From Anolis carolinensis (lineage: Eukaryota), in the NCBI RefSeq assembly GCF_035594765.1, contig NC_085841.1, forward strand, positions 240,208,689-240,272,688: 64,000 bases of DNA, written 5' to 3'. Below the pieces are notes generated by a model that saw only the letters and a list, made by a program, of their open reading frames with translations, did no database searches and was not told the DNA's origin. How positions within the stretch are numbered: the first letter of the stretch is position 1; each line of letters begins with the position of its first letter. Below are positions 12,858-26,536 of this stretch, piece by piece. The translations under genes were made by a program, and so were the position numbers.

Positions 12858-14909
12858 TAGAAATATAAAATATGCACATTAAATAGGAAAAATAGGAATC
12901 TGTGGCTACTGGGGGCTCCCATCAAGGGAACTGGGGCACCCACGGGGGAGAGAAGACGATGAAGGGGTTCAGGGAGACAAAAGGGTGGTTGATGGGGAGA
13001 GGGAGAAAATAAGCCCCGCTCCAAGGGCTGTGGAAGGCCACCGGGGTCAGCTGTTGGAGGCAAAAATAGAAGGAATAGGCTTAGGGAGGCAGAAAGAGAC
13101 ACAAAGTAGTATATTTATTCTAGGGTTAGGGAACAATATAACTAAAAGGGAAAGATTGTTTCAAGGAAGGTATCCTGTGCACCGTTAGCTGCTACCAGGC
13201 TCCTTCAGTGATGTAAACATTCATATAGCTAACTGATCCAAATAAACAGCCGTGGTCATCTGCAGAATGCTCTGCCATGGTTCTGTTTGAGGTAACTAAT
13301 AGTTTGACATGGAGTGGGAAGTCTGTGTACGACATCACCATGTGTTTGGAGACTATGTTTTAATCCCCTCTTGGCCATGGAAACCCCTTGGGTGACCTTG
13401 GATGAAGCACACTCTTTAAGCCACAGAAAAACCCATCATAGGCTCAACATATGATTGTCATAAGCCAGAAGTGACTTGAAGTCACACAATAACAACAAAG
13501 GCACTTTTCTCAAGGACCTCAATATGCATATTGTCTCTCTGCACTTTCAGCTTTATTTTTACAAAAAAAAAAACCCTGTGCAGTAGTCTCTAGAGCTGTC
13601 AGTTTATTTTCTGTTTGTGTCAGGAATTGGAGGCAGGTTTCACCTCTCTGAAATTCAAGCACTGAAGGCATCAAAAAGAAAGGGGGGAAAAACACCAAAA
13701 AGAAAAATGAACTTGACTAGTGTTATGGAAACTTGATAATTAATATTAATATTTTTATCTTCTCAAATATGAATATTAGAATGGTGAGATGTTCAAATAC
13801 TGACCAAGTAAACCCCCTCTATGCTGAGAATTTGACAATTTTTAAATCAATAGCACCATTCAGTGAGGCTGGCGAAGTCCATATTATGCAGAACATTCTT
13901 TCCTATTGTGAGATGGTGCAGAATGCAGTGATGCCAGTGATGGTGTGGTCTTGGCATGGTGCACGCTGCACAGAGATCACTTTGGGTGGAAACAAAAGGT
14001 TCCTGTTGCTGAATGGGCACAGTAACTGCCACAGATAAGTTGCTGAATGTTGGATAAAACTGATTTAGGTGTGCATCACAATATTAATTTTTCCAATGCC
14101 AACCAAAAGAGCAAATGTGTAAAATTAAACAGTGAAACTGTAAAATAATTACAGTTTAGCAATTACATGTATCAATTACTTAAATGAAACTATATCCAGT
14201 CTTTAAAAAAATGTCTGTCTGAGCATCACGTTTTACCAAGGTTTTAAATTCTGTGATGATAATAAGAACATAGCTTGCTTTGAATTGTTTACAAAAACTA
14301 ACAAGCCAATGTGTTGATTCAAAACTTGTTTTAAAAATTATTTTTATTGTGCTAGAATTGGATTTAAAACCTATTTCTTTACTAGTTTTGGTACCGGGTG
14401 ATGATCAATTAGGTACACTCATATTAGAATTTATGAATAGTTTCATTAGAAAATGCATAAACTACTACTCCATCATCCCAGGTCCATCTCCCCTCAATAC
14501 CATCAGTTACAGCTGGTCAGGATGGGTATGTATGCCAAGTTTGGTCTAGAGTCATTATAGCTGAGATTCACAATGCTCTTTGACTGTGGGAGACCTGCAA
14601 CTCCAATTGTTCCAGGTCTACCCCGACCTCTCAAACACCAGCAGTAGTTAAAGTTGATCATGGTGGGTATGTGTGCCATGTTTTTTTAATAGCCATCATT
14701 GGTGAGGGTCACAATCATCCATAGATGTGGGTGGACTGCAACTAATTTTATCCCAAGTCCACCCCCACCCCCAAATCCCCTCCCAAACACCACCAATATT
14801 ATATGTTGGTCATGGGGCATCTGTGTGCCAGGTTTGGTCCAGATCCATTGTTGGTGGGGTTCAGAGGGCTCTCTGGATATGGTAACCATCTTGGAAAATA
14901 CATACAAAC

Positions 14910-14910
<1 letters not shown>

Positions 14911-14966
<56 letters not shown>
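14911..14966 (+). repeat. (TAGA)n microsatellite at the end of a degenerate repeat (~14460-15000)
   Basis: Direct reading. Confidence 0.95.
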
Positions 14967-14967
<1 letters not shown>

Positions 14968-15864
14968 GATAGGTAGATACTTTCACTTTTATTATATACT
15001 GTACATACATATAGATATGTCACCTTTCTTTTATTGCGGAGCTAACATCTTTATTTATAATATTTCTTTTTTATATTTTGATGTGTCATTATCTTTTTGA
15101 GGGACATATCTTAGAAGGTGGATTTTTAGAAATCCCTACATTATAGGGCCCTTTCATGGGGACCCAGCTTTGCCCATATAAGCTCCCTGGTTTCATTCCT
15201 AGACCCTCTGGTTAAAAGGATTTTCAAGAACCAGAGCTAAGAAAAACTTCAGTCTGGAGTGATGGAGCACTACAGAATAGACTATGATTCTATGACTATT
15301 TAGGCTGTGCATATCTGTAGTGAGATTCACTAGAAGGTATTTTCTAATGTTTGTGTAACACTGTGGTTGAGGCTGTCCAAATATAAGCTTTTAGTTAGTT
15401 TTGGTAAGGAAATCTTTCCTGTTTTGCATGTCAGTACTCTTCAAGTCCAGGTCCAATATCCAGTTTCATTTATCCATGTCTGACAAAATATATCCCTTCT
15501 AGGTATTTTCCCAGGCCCTTTGGTACAACTCTATTGTATTCTTGGGTCAAAAGTCCTTTATTTCATTAAGGTACACTATTATCCTTGCAAAGTCCTAGAA
15601 CGTTTCTCCTGTGGATACAGGGGTTGCATTGCAATTCCTAAAAACCTCAGAGAGGAAGTTACAAAGCAACAAGGATAAGTCTATATCCAAAGGGTACTAT
15701 GTTTTGTAGTACCAGTATATACACAATTAGATGCTGAAATACATTGGAGGTTAAAAGAGAACAATCTTCCATCTTATTTGAGTGGAAAACAAATCACTAA
15801 TTAATTATGGCAGATTTCATATCAAAATGCAATTTAATTAAACAGCTGGAAGTCAAAATTAGAA

Positions 15865-16402
15865 TGTGTTGCAGTGAGTTTTCCAGGCTGTGTGGCCATG
15901 TTCCAGAAGCATTCTCTCCTGATGTTTCACCCACATCTATGACAGGCATCCTCAGAGGTTGTGAGGTATATTGGAAACTAGGCAAGGGAGGTTTATATAT
16001 CTGTGGAAAGTCCAGGTTGGGAGAAAGAACTCTTGTCTGTTTGAGGCAAGTGTGAATGTTGCAATTAATCAAGGATTAGCATTGAAAAGCCTTGCAGCTT
16101 CAAGGCCTGGCTACTTCATGCCTTAGGGAATTCTTTGTTGCGAGGTGTTAGCTGGCCCTGGTTGTTTCATGTCTGAAATTCCCATTTTCAGAGTGTTGTT
16201 CTTTATTTACTGTCCTGATTTTACAATTTTTAAATACTGATAGCCAGATTTTGCTCACTTTCATGCTTTCCTCCTTCCTGTTGAAATTGTCCACATGCTT
16301 ATAGATTTCAATGGCTTTTATGCATAGTCTGACATGGTGGTTGTGAGAGTGGTCCAACATCTTTGTGTTCTCAAATGATATGCTGGGTCCAGGTTGGTTC
16401 AT
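15865..16402 (-). mobile_element. Penelope-like element 3' fragment
   Basis: GIY-YIG C-terminus (MNQPG..ISFENTKMLDHS...[16 protein letters not shown]) plus pseudo-LTR. Confidence 0.85.
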
Positions 16403-17145
16403 GTTAGAAGTGATTTTTCACAATTTACTAAACGAATCAGATTAATCATTTGCGGTGGGGGGGGGGGGTCTGGTAGACAGAAGGAAGATGAGTTTTCCAT
16501 TAGTCACAGTCTTCTGAACAAAACAAAGAGATTATTTGGTTAAATGTAATGTGATAGCATATACAATATTAAGAGAAGGACATCTAAGGGGAATCAGACT
16601 AGATACTATCACTGATCCTTTTGCTTCCCTCAATTAGATGGGTATGTTCCATTTGGATCCTGTTTAATCACTCAATGTTAACTGTCTCATTGCAGACCTC
16701 TGGAAACTGCTCTAGTATTGCTTAATATCAAGGTAAATTAAAAGCCTTAAAGAGTAAGATTGGATTGAATTAATGATGCTATTCTATTTAGTAAAGTAAG
16801 TCACACCTCTGCGGTGAACAACCCTGCAGTACAAAGACAATTCTGCTCTGCTACCTTGTAACCTCTTTCCACAAAGCTCTGTAGCGTTTGCTCTGTGTTA
16901 ATTCTTTATTCTCTCCTTTCTCATTTCAGAACGAACTTGGTGAATTGTGCTTTCTTCCGCTGGTTTACTATGACTGCCTCCTTTCTTTTCTTTTCTTTTT
17001 TTTAAAAATCACTCATGTATGTCCTTACTTCCTCTTACAGACACTGTCCACAGACTTTGGAGGAAGCACCAGAGCCAGCCCACTAGCTGGTCATGTGATG
17101 AATTCCTACAGCTCCTTGGCCCAGGCTGAAGTTACAACCAAAGAG

Positions 17146-17199
17146 ATGGGGCTCTGGCTGTGTGTGCTGGTGTTGGTGCTGAGGGGCCTGCGGCTCCAG
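17146..17199 (+). CDS. GLB1L: GLB1L coding exon 1 (signal peptide; exon starts ~17041)
   Basis: [18 protein letters not shown]|gtaagg; in-frame upstream ATG at 17098. Confidence 0.8.
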
Positions 17200-20100
17200 G
17201 TAAGGGAGACAGAGGAGAGCGGGAGGGCACTTTCCTAAAAGCTGTCTCATTGCATCCAAGGAAAAGTTAGAGATTCTTTTGCTTGTGATGCCTCCACTCT
17301 CCATGTAGTTAAACATATTTTCCCCCTTAGATCTTGTTATCCTGTCCTTCCTTTCTGTCCCTCTTATTATTCTGCCTGTTGTCCATGGGACTACTGCTGT
17401 GTTGTGGAACTGGGTTCCTAAGTGATATAATTATCTGAAAGTTCCCCCCAATGAAGTTTATCCATGCTGTGTATTGAATATTTCTGGTAGCACTAAAACA
17501 GTCCTCATCTACATTGACCATTTCAAAGTGTTGAATGCAGTTTGAAGCTAGCTTCAAACTGTGGCAGCGAAACAGCAAACATCCACAGAAGTGTGCGAAA
17601 GAAAGCACTGAATGCACACCAGTGTTAATCAGTAATCACTGTCAAGGCTTCAATTCAGTTCCAGGATTTTCTATGTAATCATCTGTATAGTGAAACCACC
17701 TTCTTCAATGTCGGTTTGAAAATACATTGCTCAGTGATGCACCTATAGTAGCTGTTCCTTCATTCTGAAAGGGGGAGAATAGCCGTGTGTCCAGACACTA
17801 AGGCAACAATGAAGAACAATCTATAGCAGGCATTGGCAAACTTCAGCCCTCCAGGTTTTCGACTCCAACTCCCAGCTGTTAGGAATTGTGGGAGTTGAAG
17901 TCCAAAACACCTGGAGGGCTGAAATTTGCCCATACCTGATCTATAGCAAAAGTAGTTTTGGGACAGGACAAGAAAATGTGTGCAAAATCTGATAGATTCA
18001 ACAAATGAATCTTAGTTGAATCATTCAGCTATATATGGGATATGCCTTGGCTTTTTGCTCCTCACCTGGACCCGAGAAGCAAATATTGAGTGGAACATTA
18101 GGTTTGGGTTTGCAGAGTTTGGAGTGGGACAGGAGAAAACAAACAGGTGGTGACATGCACTTTTAAGGTGCACCACATAACTACATACATGACTTCTGGA
18201 TTGTATTCTGTGTCTAGATAATGACACATTACATTATGTGTGTAGTAAGCATCAAGGCTTCTCTGGTAATCATCCTCATTACAGAAATATTCCCAAAGAA
18301 AAATCAAATATCAATCTTGCTACTGATTCTGTGGAAGATGAGTATGGTCCTCCTAGATAGTGTTGGGGCCTAACTGATCCTCTTAGCTAGAGATGTGGCA
18401 GCGGGTTGCAGTTCTGTATTAAAATAATGGTTGTTGTCTTTTCCCTCTCATCCTGGATGCCAGCCTTCAGCAGCAGCCCCTTCCTTCAGCATTGATTACA
18501 CAGATAAATGCTTCCTCAAGGATGGCGTTAAGTTTCGCTATATCTCAGGCAGTATCCATTACTTCCGTATCCCACGTGCCTATTGGAAGGATCGACTTCT
18601 TAAGATGTACATGAGTGGTCTTAATGCTGTGCAGATGTAAGTGACTGGAAGTGGAAATGGGGAAAATTATTTGGTGCAGTAGAGCCTGGAGACTGAAGGC
18701 TACCCCTAAGAGGTCCAGCCTTCTAATACTGAGCTTACACATTAGAAAAACTAGGCTCTTCAGCACCCAATGCTCAAGATCAGAGATAATGAAGCTGTCT
18801 AAAATAACCGAAACCGTTGTACGTATCACATGATATCACCAAAATGTAGAACACTCTAGACTGGTGCCCAAATGCAACAGGATACAAGTCCTATACAGGC
18901 CTGTCTTCTGCATGTTACTATTTCCCTTTTCTTGATGACTGGGGAAATAAATTTTGGTCTTGATCCTCACTTTAAGGCTGGGGGCGGGGACAAATACATG
19001 GGTCCTGTATCACACTACACTAATTGACATATTGGCCTGAGAATGAAAAATGAAAGATTTAAGGCAAACTATGATAAAACCCCAAAACACCAGGTTGTGT
19101 CAAGGAAACTATTAACAAAACACTCCTGCTTTGTGTATCCATAGATATTTCTCAGGGAGTATTCTTTATGTTCCAGATTTTCTCTAAATGTTCCAGACTG
19201 AAATGTGTACTTTTACTCCCTTAGCTATATACCCTGGAACTACCATGAGCCATTGTCGGGTGTCTATAATTTTGATGGTGACAGAGACTTGGAAGGATTC
19301 CTGGATCTGGCTGCCAATTTTGACTTGTTGGTGATTTTGCGACCTGGCCCCTACATCTGTGCTGAATGGGAGATGGTAAGGGATTTGTAAAAGATTCAGA
19401 TGGATGGAGACTTATTTTCAGCATCTGAATGCTACATTAATATAAACCTTTCACATTAATGTTTGCTGCTCTTTCATGAATCTCCTCTACACAGGACTTC
19501 TGTTATTCTGTGTTTATTAGTCATTGAACTATTTTAGTTTACTGGATTGGCCAAATTCATTTCCAAAGTGATAAGGTCCAAAGCACTTCAAACTGATCCA
19601 TAGATCTGAACCTCATAAATGAATGGAGAGAACCCATTCAATGTGTGCCATATAAAGAAGATATGGAAATGTAATGAGGAGAGTAGGAGCTCTGATAACA
19701 ATGAGTATAATGAGAGGCATGAATCTCACTAACAGTCTCCAATTAGACATTTTATGCAGAGGGATTATGCATGGGCATTGAAGTTATTGTATAATCATTC
19801 TCCTCCCCTGGTTCTTCACTTTCAATTAGTAGCAGACTATGAAAGGCCTGTTGTGAGGGGTGGAATGTTTTTGGTCTCACTGAGTCTTTTTAAATTTTCT
19901 TTTGTAATTTCCATTTGTTTTAGGTAGTAACACTTATTCCTCCTGTGCCCATTGTCCCTAGTGTTTGATGGAAGCAGGCAATTTAAGTTACTGCAAAAAA
20001 AGGAAGAAAAAAAAAGCAAAGCATTGTCTGTAACAATATTGAGATAAGAGAGGATCCCAGTGTTGTTCTATGGTGTCACTGTGGGGACTAGGGTAAATGA

Positions 20101-23100
20101 CTGCTACACACCTTAAGAAACAGCACCAAGCAGTCTTGCTTGGGGCAGAAGTAAAGAAATGCCAGACAGTGGGACAGACTTGTAAGGCAGGAACAAAGGG
20201 TGGTGTCAACAGAAATTCTCTATCTCCTTGCCTCTGCAAGAAGATTGGGTTAGCAGCTTTGGAAGGGATGGGGAGAGTATGAACTTATGAGAGGGAAGTT
20301 TCCCATTTCCCTTAATGCCTTGAGGAGATGTAGGAAAATCAGATACAGCACAAACAGTTGTACCTTACTGATCTTTTAGAAGGGCAATGTCAAGGCAAAA
20401 GCAATATGGAACAAACTCTCGAGACAGGACAGTACACAACGGCTTTTACAAACAAGGAGGTTTAATTCCCTCTTTAGAGTGCCCCGTGTCTTCATCTTTA
20501 TGCAGACTTAAAGACACAGTTGTGTTAGTCTGTTGAAGTATGCAAAGGGCACCTTTGAGAGTACTGAAGAAAATAAGTTTGTAGCATACATTTTTATAGA
20601 GTGAGTCTACTCTTTAGATTCCTGGCTATACCATCTCGTAGATGAATTACCATTGGATGTATGCAGACATGTACATATTTTTAAATAGCTGTTGGTTTTC
20701 CAATGGGAAAGGACTTCCAATCTAAATTCTTATATCTTGATTTAGATTAGGGTCTGGACTGATCCTATGCAAATTGGGATGAGATTTAAATCACTGTTTC
20801 GTTCTCCAAATTTAATTGGTAGGCCTGCGCACAGGATTACTTTACATATTTTTGTGGATTCTGGCATTTGTTATAATGCTTCAGTAACTACCTCTATACA
20901 CATTTCAAACATGCTTTTGTAGATCTACTATTTCTTGCTTATTGGCACATATACGCTCAGAATTGTATTTGCAATGCTGGTTTCTTAGTTTTCTTTCTTT
21001 CCTAGGGTGGCATTCCATCCTGGCTCTTAGCAAAGCCAAATATTATCCTGCGCACATCTGATCCAGGTAAGATGGGATATCTCAGAGCAGAGACCTTGCC
21101 CCTGGATTCCGGGAGCAGTTTCCATGAAATGGGAGTGGAGAACCCATGACTCTTCAGATATTTTTGGAATTCAGAACTCCCAACAGTCCCACCAGCAAAG
21201 CCTATAGTCGGGGATTATGGCAGTTGCAGTTCAACACTACCTGGGGTGCTGCTGGACTGCAGCTCTGGTATTGGTACTGCAGTTTTGTTTTGATTACAGC
21301 AAGGTTTTAGAAGGCTGGTCATCTGGGCTTCCCAACTTTCACATACAGTGGGGTGGGTGGGAAGTATTTAGTCAGATACCAATTGTACAAGTTCTCCCCC
21401 TTAGATGAGAGAGGCCTGTAATTGACATCATAGGTAGACCTCAACTATGAGAGACAACATGAGAAAACACATCCAGAAAATCACATTGTCTGATTTTTCA
21501 CGAATTAGTTTGCAAATTATGGTGGAAAATAAGTATTTGGTCCATAACAAAAGTTCATCTCAATACTTTGTTATATATCCTTTATTGGCAACGACAGAGG
21601 TCAAATGTTTTCTGTAAGTCCTCACAAGGTTGGCACACGCTGGTCTCTTGGCCCATTCCTCCATGCAGATCTCCTCAAGAGCAGTGATGTTTTGGGGCTG
21701 TCGCTGGGCAACACAAACTTTCAACTCCCTCCAAAGGTTTTCTATAGGGTTGAGATCTGAGACTGCCTAGGCCACTCCAGGACCTTGAAATGCTTCTTAC
21801 GAAGCCACTCCTTTGTTGCCCTGGCAATGTGCTTGGGATCATTGTCATGCTGAAAGACCCAGCCACGTTTCATCTTCAGTGCCCTTGCTGATGTAAGGTT
21901 TGCACTCAAAATCTCTTGATACATGGCCCCATTCATTCTTTCATGCATACGGATCAGTCACCCTAGTCCCTTTGCAGAGAAACAGCCCAAAGCATGATGT
22001 ATCCTCCCCCATGCTTCACAGTAGGTATGGTGTTCTTTGGATGCAACTCAGCATTCTTTCGCCTTCAAACACGAGTTGTTTCTGCCAAGCAGTTCTATTT
22101 TGATTTCCTCTGACCATATGACATTCTCCCAATACTCTTCTGGATCATCCAAATGCTTTCTAGCAAACTTCAGTCAGTCCTGGACATGTCCTGGCTTAAG
22201 CAGGGGGACATGTCTGGCACTGCAGGATCTGAGTCCCTGGTGGCATACTTACTTAGACGATTCCCCGTAGTTCGAGGATGATGGTCCTCCATTTCTTGGA
22301 AGATGCCTGTGCGTGATTTTTTTTTGTGTGTGGAGGCCGGTGCACAGCCGGTCAACACACAGTCTTCACAGATTGAGGTCCTAGCAGTGGTGTGCTTAAC
22401 ACAATGAGAGTGGCTTCTCAGTCTGTTGCAGCCTTCTTTCGCCTTCACAGCCGTTGTAACATGTACCATGTTATCCTCCGCCTGCTCCGCTGTTGGGGTC
22501 TTTGGGTCTTCGGATTGTTCTTGGTCTGGATTCTCCCCTGTGGCCACTCCTGCGAGTGTGTGACTCCCGTGGTTGTGCCCACAGGTTCATTGGAACACGC
22601 AAGCCCCCTCACCACGTCAAGGTGACAATCGATGGATTGTCACTCTGGTGGCGTAGTGTGTTACTGATGGTAGCCTTTGTTATGTTGGTCCCAGATCATT
22701 CACTAAGTCCCCCCGTATGGTTCTGGGATTTTTGCTCACTGTTCTTGTGATCATTTTGACTCCACGGGGTGAGATCTTGCATGGAGCCCCAGATCAAGGG
22801 AGATTATCAGTAGTCTTGTATCCCTTCCATTTTCTAATGATTGCTCCCACAGTTGATTTCTTCACACCAAGCTGCTTACCTATTGCAGATTCAGTCTTCC
22901 CAGTCTGGTGCAGGGCTACAATTTTGTTTCTGGTGTCCTTCGACTGCTCTTTGGTCTTCACCATAGTGGAGTTTGGAGTGTGACTGTTTTAGGTTGTGGA
23001 CAGGTGTCTTTTAGACTGATAACAAGTTCAAATAGGTGCCATTACTACAGGTAATGAGTGGAGGACAAAGGAGCCTCTTGAAAAAGAAGTTACAGGTCTG

Positions 23101-26100
23101 TGAGAATCAGAAATATTGCTTGTTTGTAGGTGATCAAATACTTATTTTCAACCATAATTTGCAAATAAATTCGTGAAAAATCAGGCAATGTGATTTTCTG
23201 GATGTGTTTTCTCATGTTGTCTCTCATAGTTGAGGTCTACCTATGATGTCAGTTACAGGCCCCTCTCATCTTTTTTAAGTGGGAGAACTTGTACAATTGG
23301 TATCTGACTAAATACTTGTTTCCCCACTGTATCTTATATAAACATAAACCCCTATGAATAAATACTGCGTATGGATCAAAGGTTCCTTTCAGATTTCACA
23401 GTCTCCAACAACTGTCCTATCATTTTGTTTTAAACTGCAGAGAGGAGCCCCAGTTTTGACTAAGTTAGTTGATTTTTGCTCTCAGATTTCCTGCAAGCTG
23501 TGGACAAATGGTTTAGTGTACTCCTGCCCAAGATCAAGCCCCATCTCTACATCAATGGAGGGAACATCATCAGTGTCCAGGTGCGTCCAGCGCAAACCCT
23601 CTTTCTGTAACACATTGTCCCTAGCCATAACTCTAAAGCAGGGCGAGGCAAGCAATGGCTTCTAGAGGTTGTTCACTCTGACTCCCCATAGTCCATGATG
23701 ACTGCCTATGTTGGCTGTGGCTGACAGGAGTTGGAATTGCCCTCTCTGCTATAGGGTGTCCCTAACATGAAGCATGTACCAGATCAAGGAGCAAACTAGA
23801 GATGTGCTGGACTACATAGGAATACAGTATCTACTTGAGTAAAGCTAAAAAGACAGAGTGGCAGTCTCCTTCTGTTTTCAGCATTATTAACCCCATGTTG
23901 CCATCAACAGGATGTATATGAAAGGGATGGACAAACCAAGTAGCATATCACTGCCACTACCTGAGCACTTTGGATTTTAGTGATATACTGTCTTTGTGGA
24001 GCCCCGGTGGCGAAGTGTGTTAAAGCACTGAGCTGCTGAACTTGCAGACCGAAAGGTCCCAGGTTCAAATCCCAGGAGCGGAGTGAGCGCCCGCTGTTGC
24101 TCCAGCTTCTGCCAACCTAGCAGTTTGAAAACATGCCAATGTGAGTAGATCAATAGGTACCGCTCCGGCGGGAAGGTAATAGCGCTCCATGCAGTCATGC
24201 CGGCCACATGACTTTGGAGGTGTCTATGGACAACGCCGGCTATTCAGCTTAGAAATGGAGATGAGCACCAACCCCCAGAGTCAGACATGACTGGACTTAA
24301 CGTCAGGGGAAACCTTTACCTTTACCTTTGTGGCTTCTGTTTCCCTAGAGAAATATGGTAGTGACAATACAGTGTAACTGAACTGACCTGGGCTAAATAT
24401 TTAAAGGTGAAGTTGCTCCAGGCCTCTCACTTCCTATGAGTCAAGTGTTGAAGGAAAAAAATAGTATCTTCTCCAGTTGCATCCTGAACCTCCCAGCATT
24501 TCTATTACCATGAACATTTTGTGTATAACTTTAAAAACTATGTACAGAATCAAGCTGTTGTTTCGCTGTAGTTGCAGGGCTAAAAATGAGTTCGCATACA
24601 AAGATTTTTGTGTCACTACTCTATTTAATTTCTATGCCACCACTTCTAGAATGGCAGTCATATGTGAACTGCTTCAAGGCCCCAACTTCCTGAATATAGC
24701 CATGGAAATAGCAATGGGTAGGCATGCTTGATGAATCCAAGGCTGGAGTTAAATTGTTGGAAGAAACATTAGCAACCTTAGACATGCAGATGATACCACT
24801 CTGATGGCTGAAAGCAAGGAGGAGTTGAGGAGCCTTATAACTAAGGTCAAAGAAGAAAGTGCAAAAGCTGGCTTGCAGTTAAACATAAAAAAACCCAAGA
24901 TGATGGCAACCAGACTGATTGATAACTGGCAAATAGAGGGAGAAAACTTGGAAGCAGTGACAGACTTTGTATTTCTAAATGAGAAGATTACTACAGACAC
25001 AGACTGCAGCCAGGGAATCAAAAGACATTTACTTCTTGGAAGGAGAGCAATGATCAATCTCGATAAAATAGTTAAGAGTAGAGACATCACATTGGCAACA
25101 AAGGTCCACATAGTTAAAGCAATGGTATTCCCCGTAGTAACCTATGGATGTGAGAGCTGGACCATAAGGAAGGCTGAGTGAAGGATGACAGGCACTTTTG
25201 AACTGTGGTGTTGGAGAGTGCCTTGGACTGTGAGAAGATCAAACCAGTTCATACTCCAGGAAATAATGCCTGACTGCTCACTGGAGGGAAGGATATTAGA
25301 GGCAAAGATGAAATACTTTGGCCACATAATGAGAAGACAGGAAAGCTTGAAGAAAATAATGATGCTGGGGAAAATGGAAGGAAAGAGGAAGACCAAGGGC
25401 AAGATGGATGGATGTTATTCTTGAAGTGAATGGCTTGACCTTGAAGGAACTGGGGGTTGGCGGGAGCTGACAGGGAGCTCTGCCATGGGTTAGTCCATGA
25501 GGTCACAAAGAATTGGAAGTGACTGAAGGAATAGACAACAAGGACATGCTTAATCTTTGGCTTTGGCAACATTCCCTAGGAAACACTATTACAAATGGTA
25601 GAAGAGCATTGATTGTGTGTAGAGAAAGCTTGGGAGGTACCAGGGACTACCAGATAGGAGTCACATTCTGAAATCATTGCTTCACATCTGTCATTCACTG
25701 TCAAACATAAGGAGCACTGTTAAAACTAAAGTCCTTCAGACACATGGAGAGCCTAGGTATTTGTCTCTTTCCTAAGTTATTTCCAACTTATGGTGACTCT
25801 AATATGAGGCTTTGTGGCAAATTTGTTTAGAGGGGGTTTCCTTTTGCTTTCTTCTGTGGCTTAGATAGAGTAGTATATGGTCACTTAGTGAGTTTCAAGA
25901 CTGAGCATGGATTCTAACCACTACACAATGCTGCTCTTACTGTTTCACAGATGAAGTCCGGACAAAGGCTTATTAAAACAACTTTAAATAGGAGTAGGGT
26001 GCAGATTCTGAGTCACCACTCTCTAACACTTTCTGTTCTCCAGGCAGGTGGAGAATGAATATGGGAGCTACTATGCCTGTGACTACGACTATCTGCGCCA

Positions 26101-26477
26101 CCTGGAGGCTGTCTTTCGTTCCTACCTGGGCAAAAAAGTTGTGCTCTTCACCACCGATGGCACCAAAGAGTCTGAACTGCTATGTGGGACACTGCACGGT
26201 CTTTATACAACTGTGGACTTTGGGCCAGGTAGTTTAAGACTGGGTGAACAATGATGGGGTTGGCAGGAGCCAGGAAGGAATCTTGTTTTGATTTGTTCAA
26301 TTCTCTGTCCTTTAACAGAAGAAAATGTGACAGAGGCATTTGAGAAGCAGCGCATACATGAGCCGAATGGTCCACTGGTGAGAGGCTACTTATCTGGTGC
26401 TGAGGCCATGAAGCTTGCAATTCAGTGCTTTAAGCTATAATTTTGTTCCCTCTGCCTAGTCACTCTGAATGTTTACC

Positions 26478-26536
<59 letters not shown>

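Noticed and set aside
12457-12882. Repetitive ORFs or CRISPR-like array
   Set aside because: Plain 135-bp tandem units with no unique spacers, in eukaryotic DNA
18468-18476. CAGCAGCAG tandem acceptors at GLB1L coding exon 2
   Set aside because: All are out of frame with the phase-0 donor; the acceptor at 18463 is the consistent one
23998-24075. tRNA-like A and B boxes
   Set aside because: Head of a Sauria SINE, not a tRNA gene
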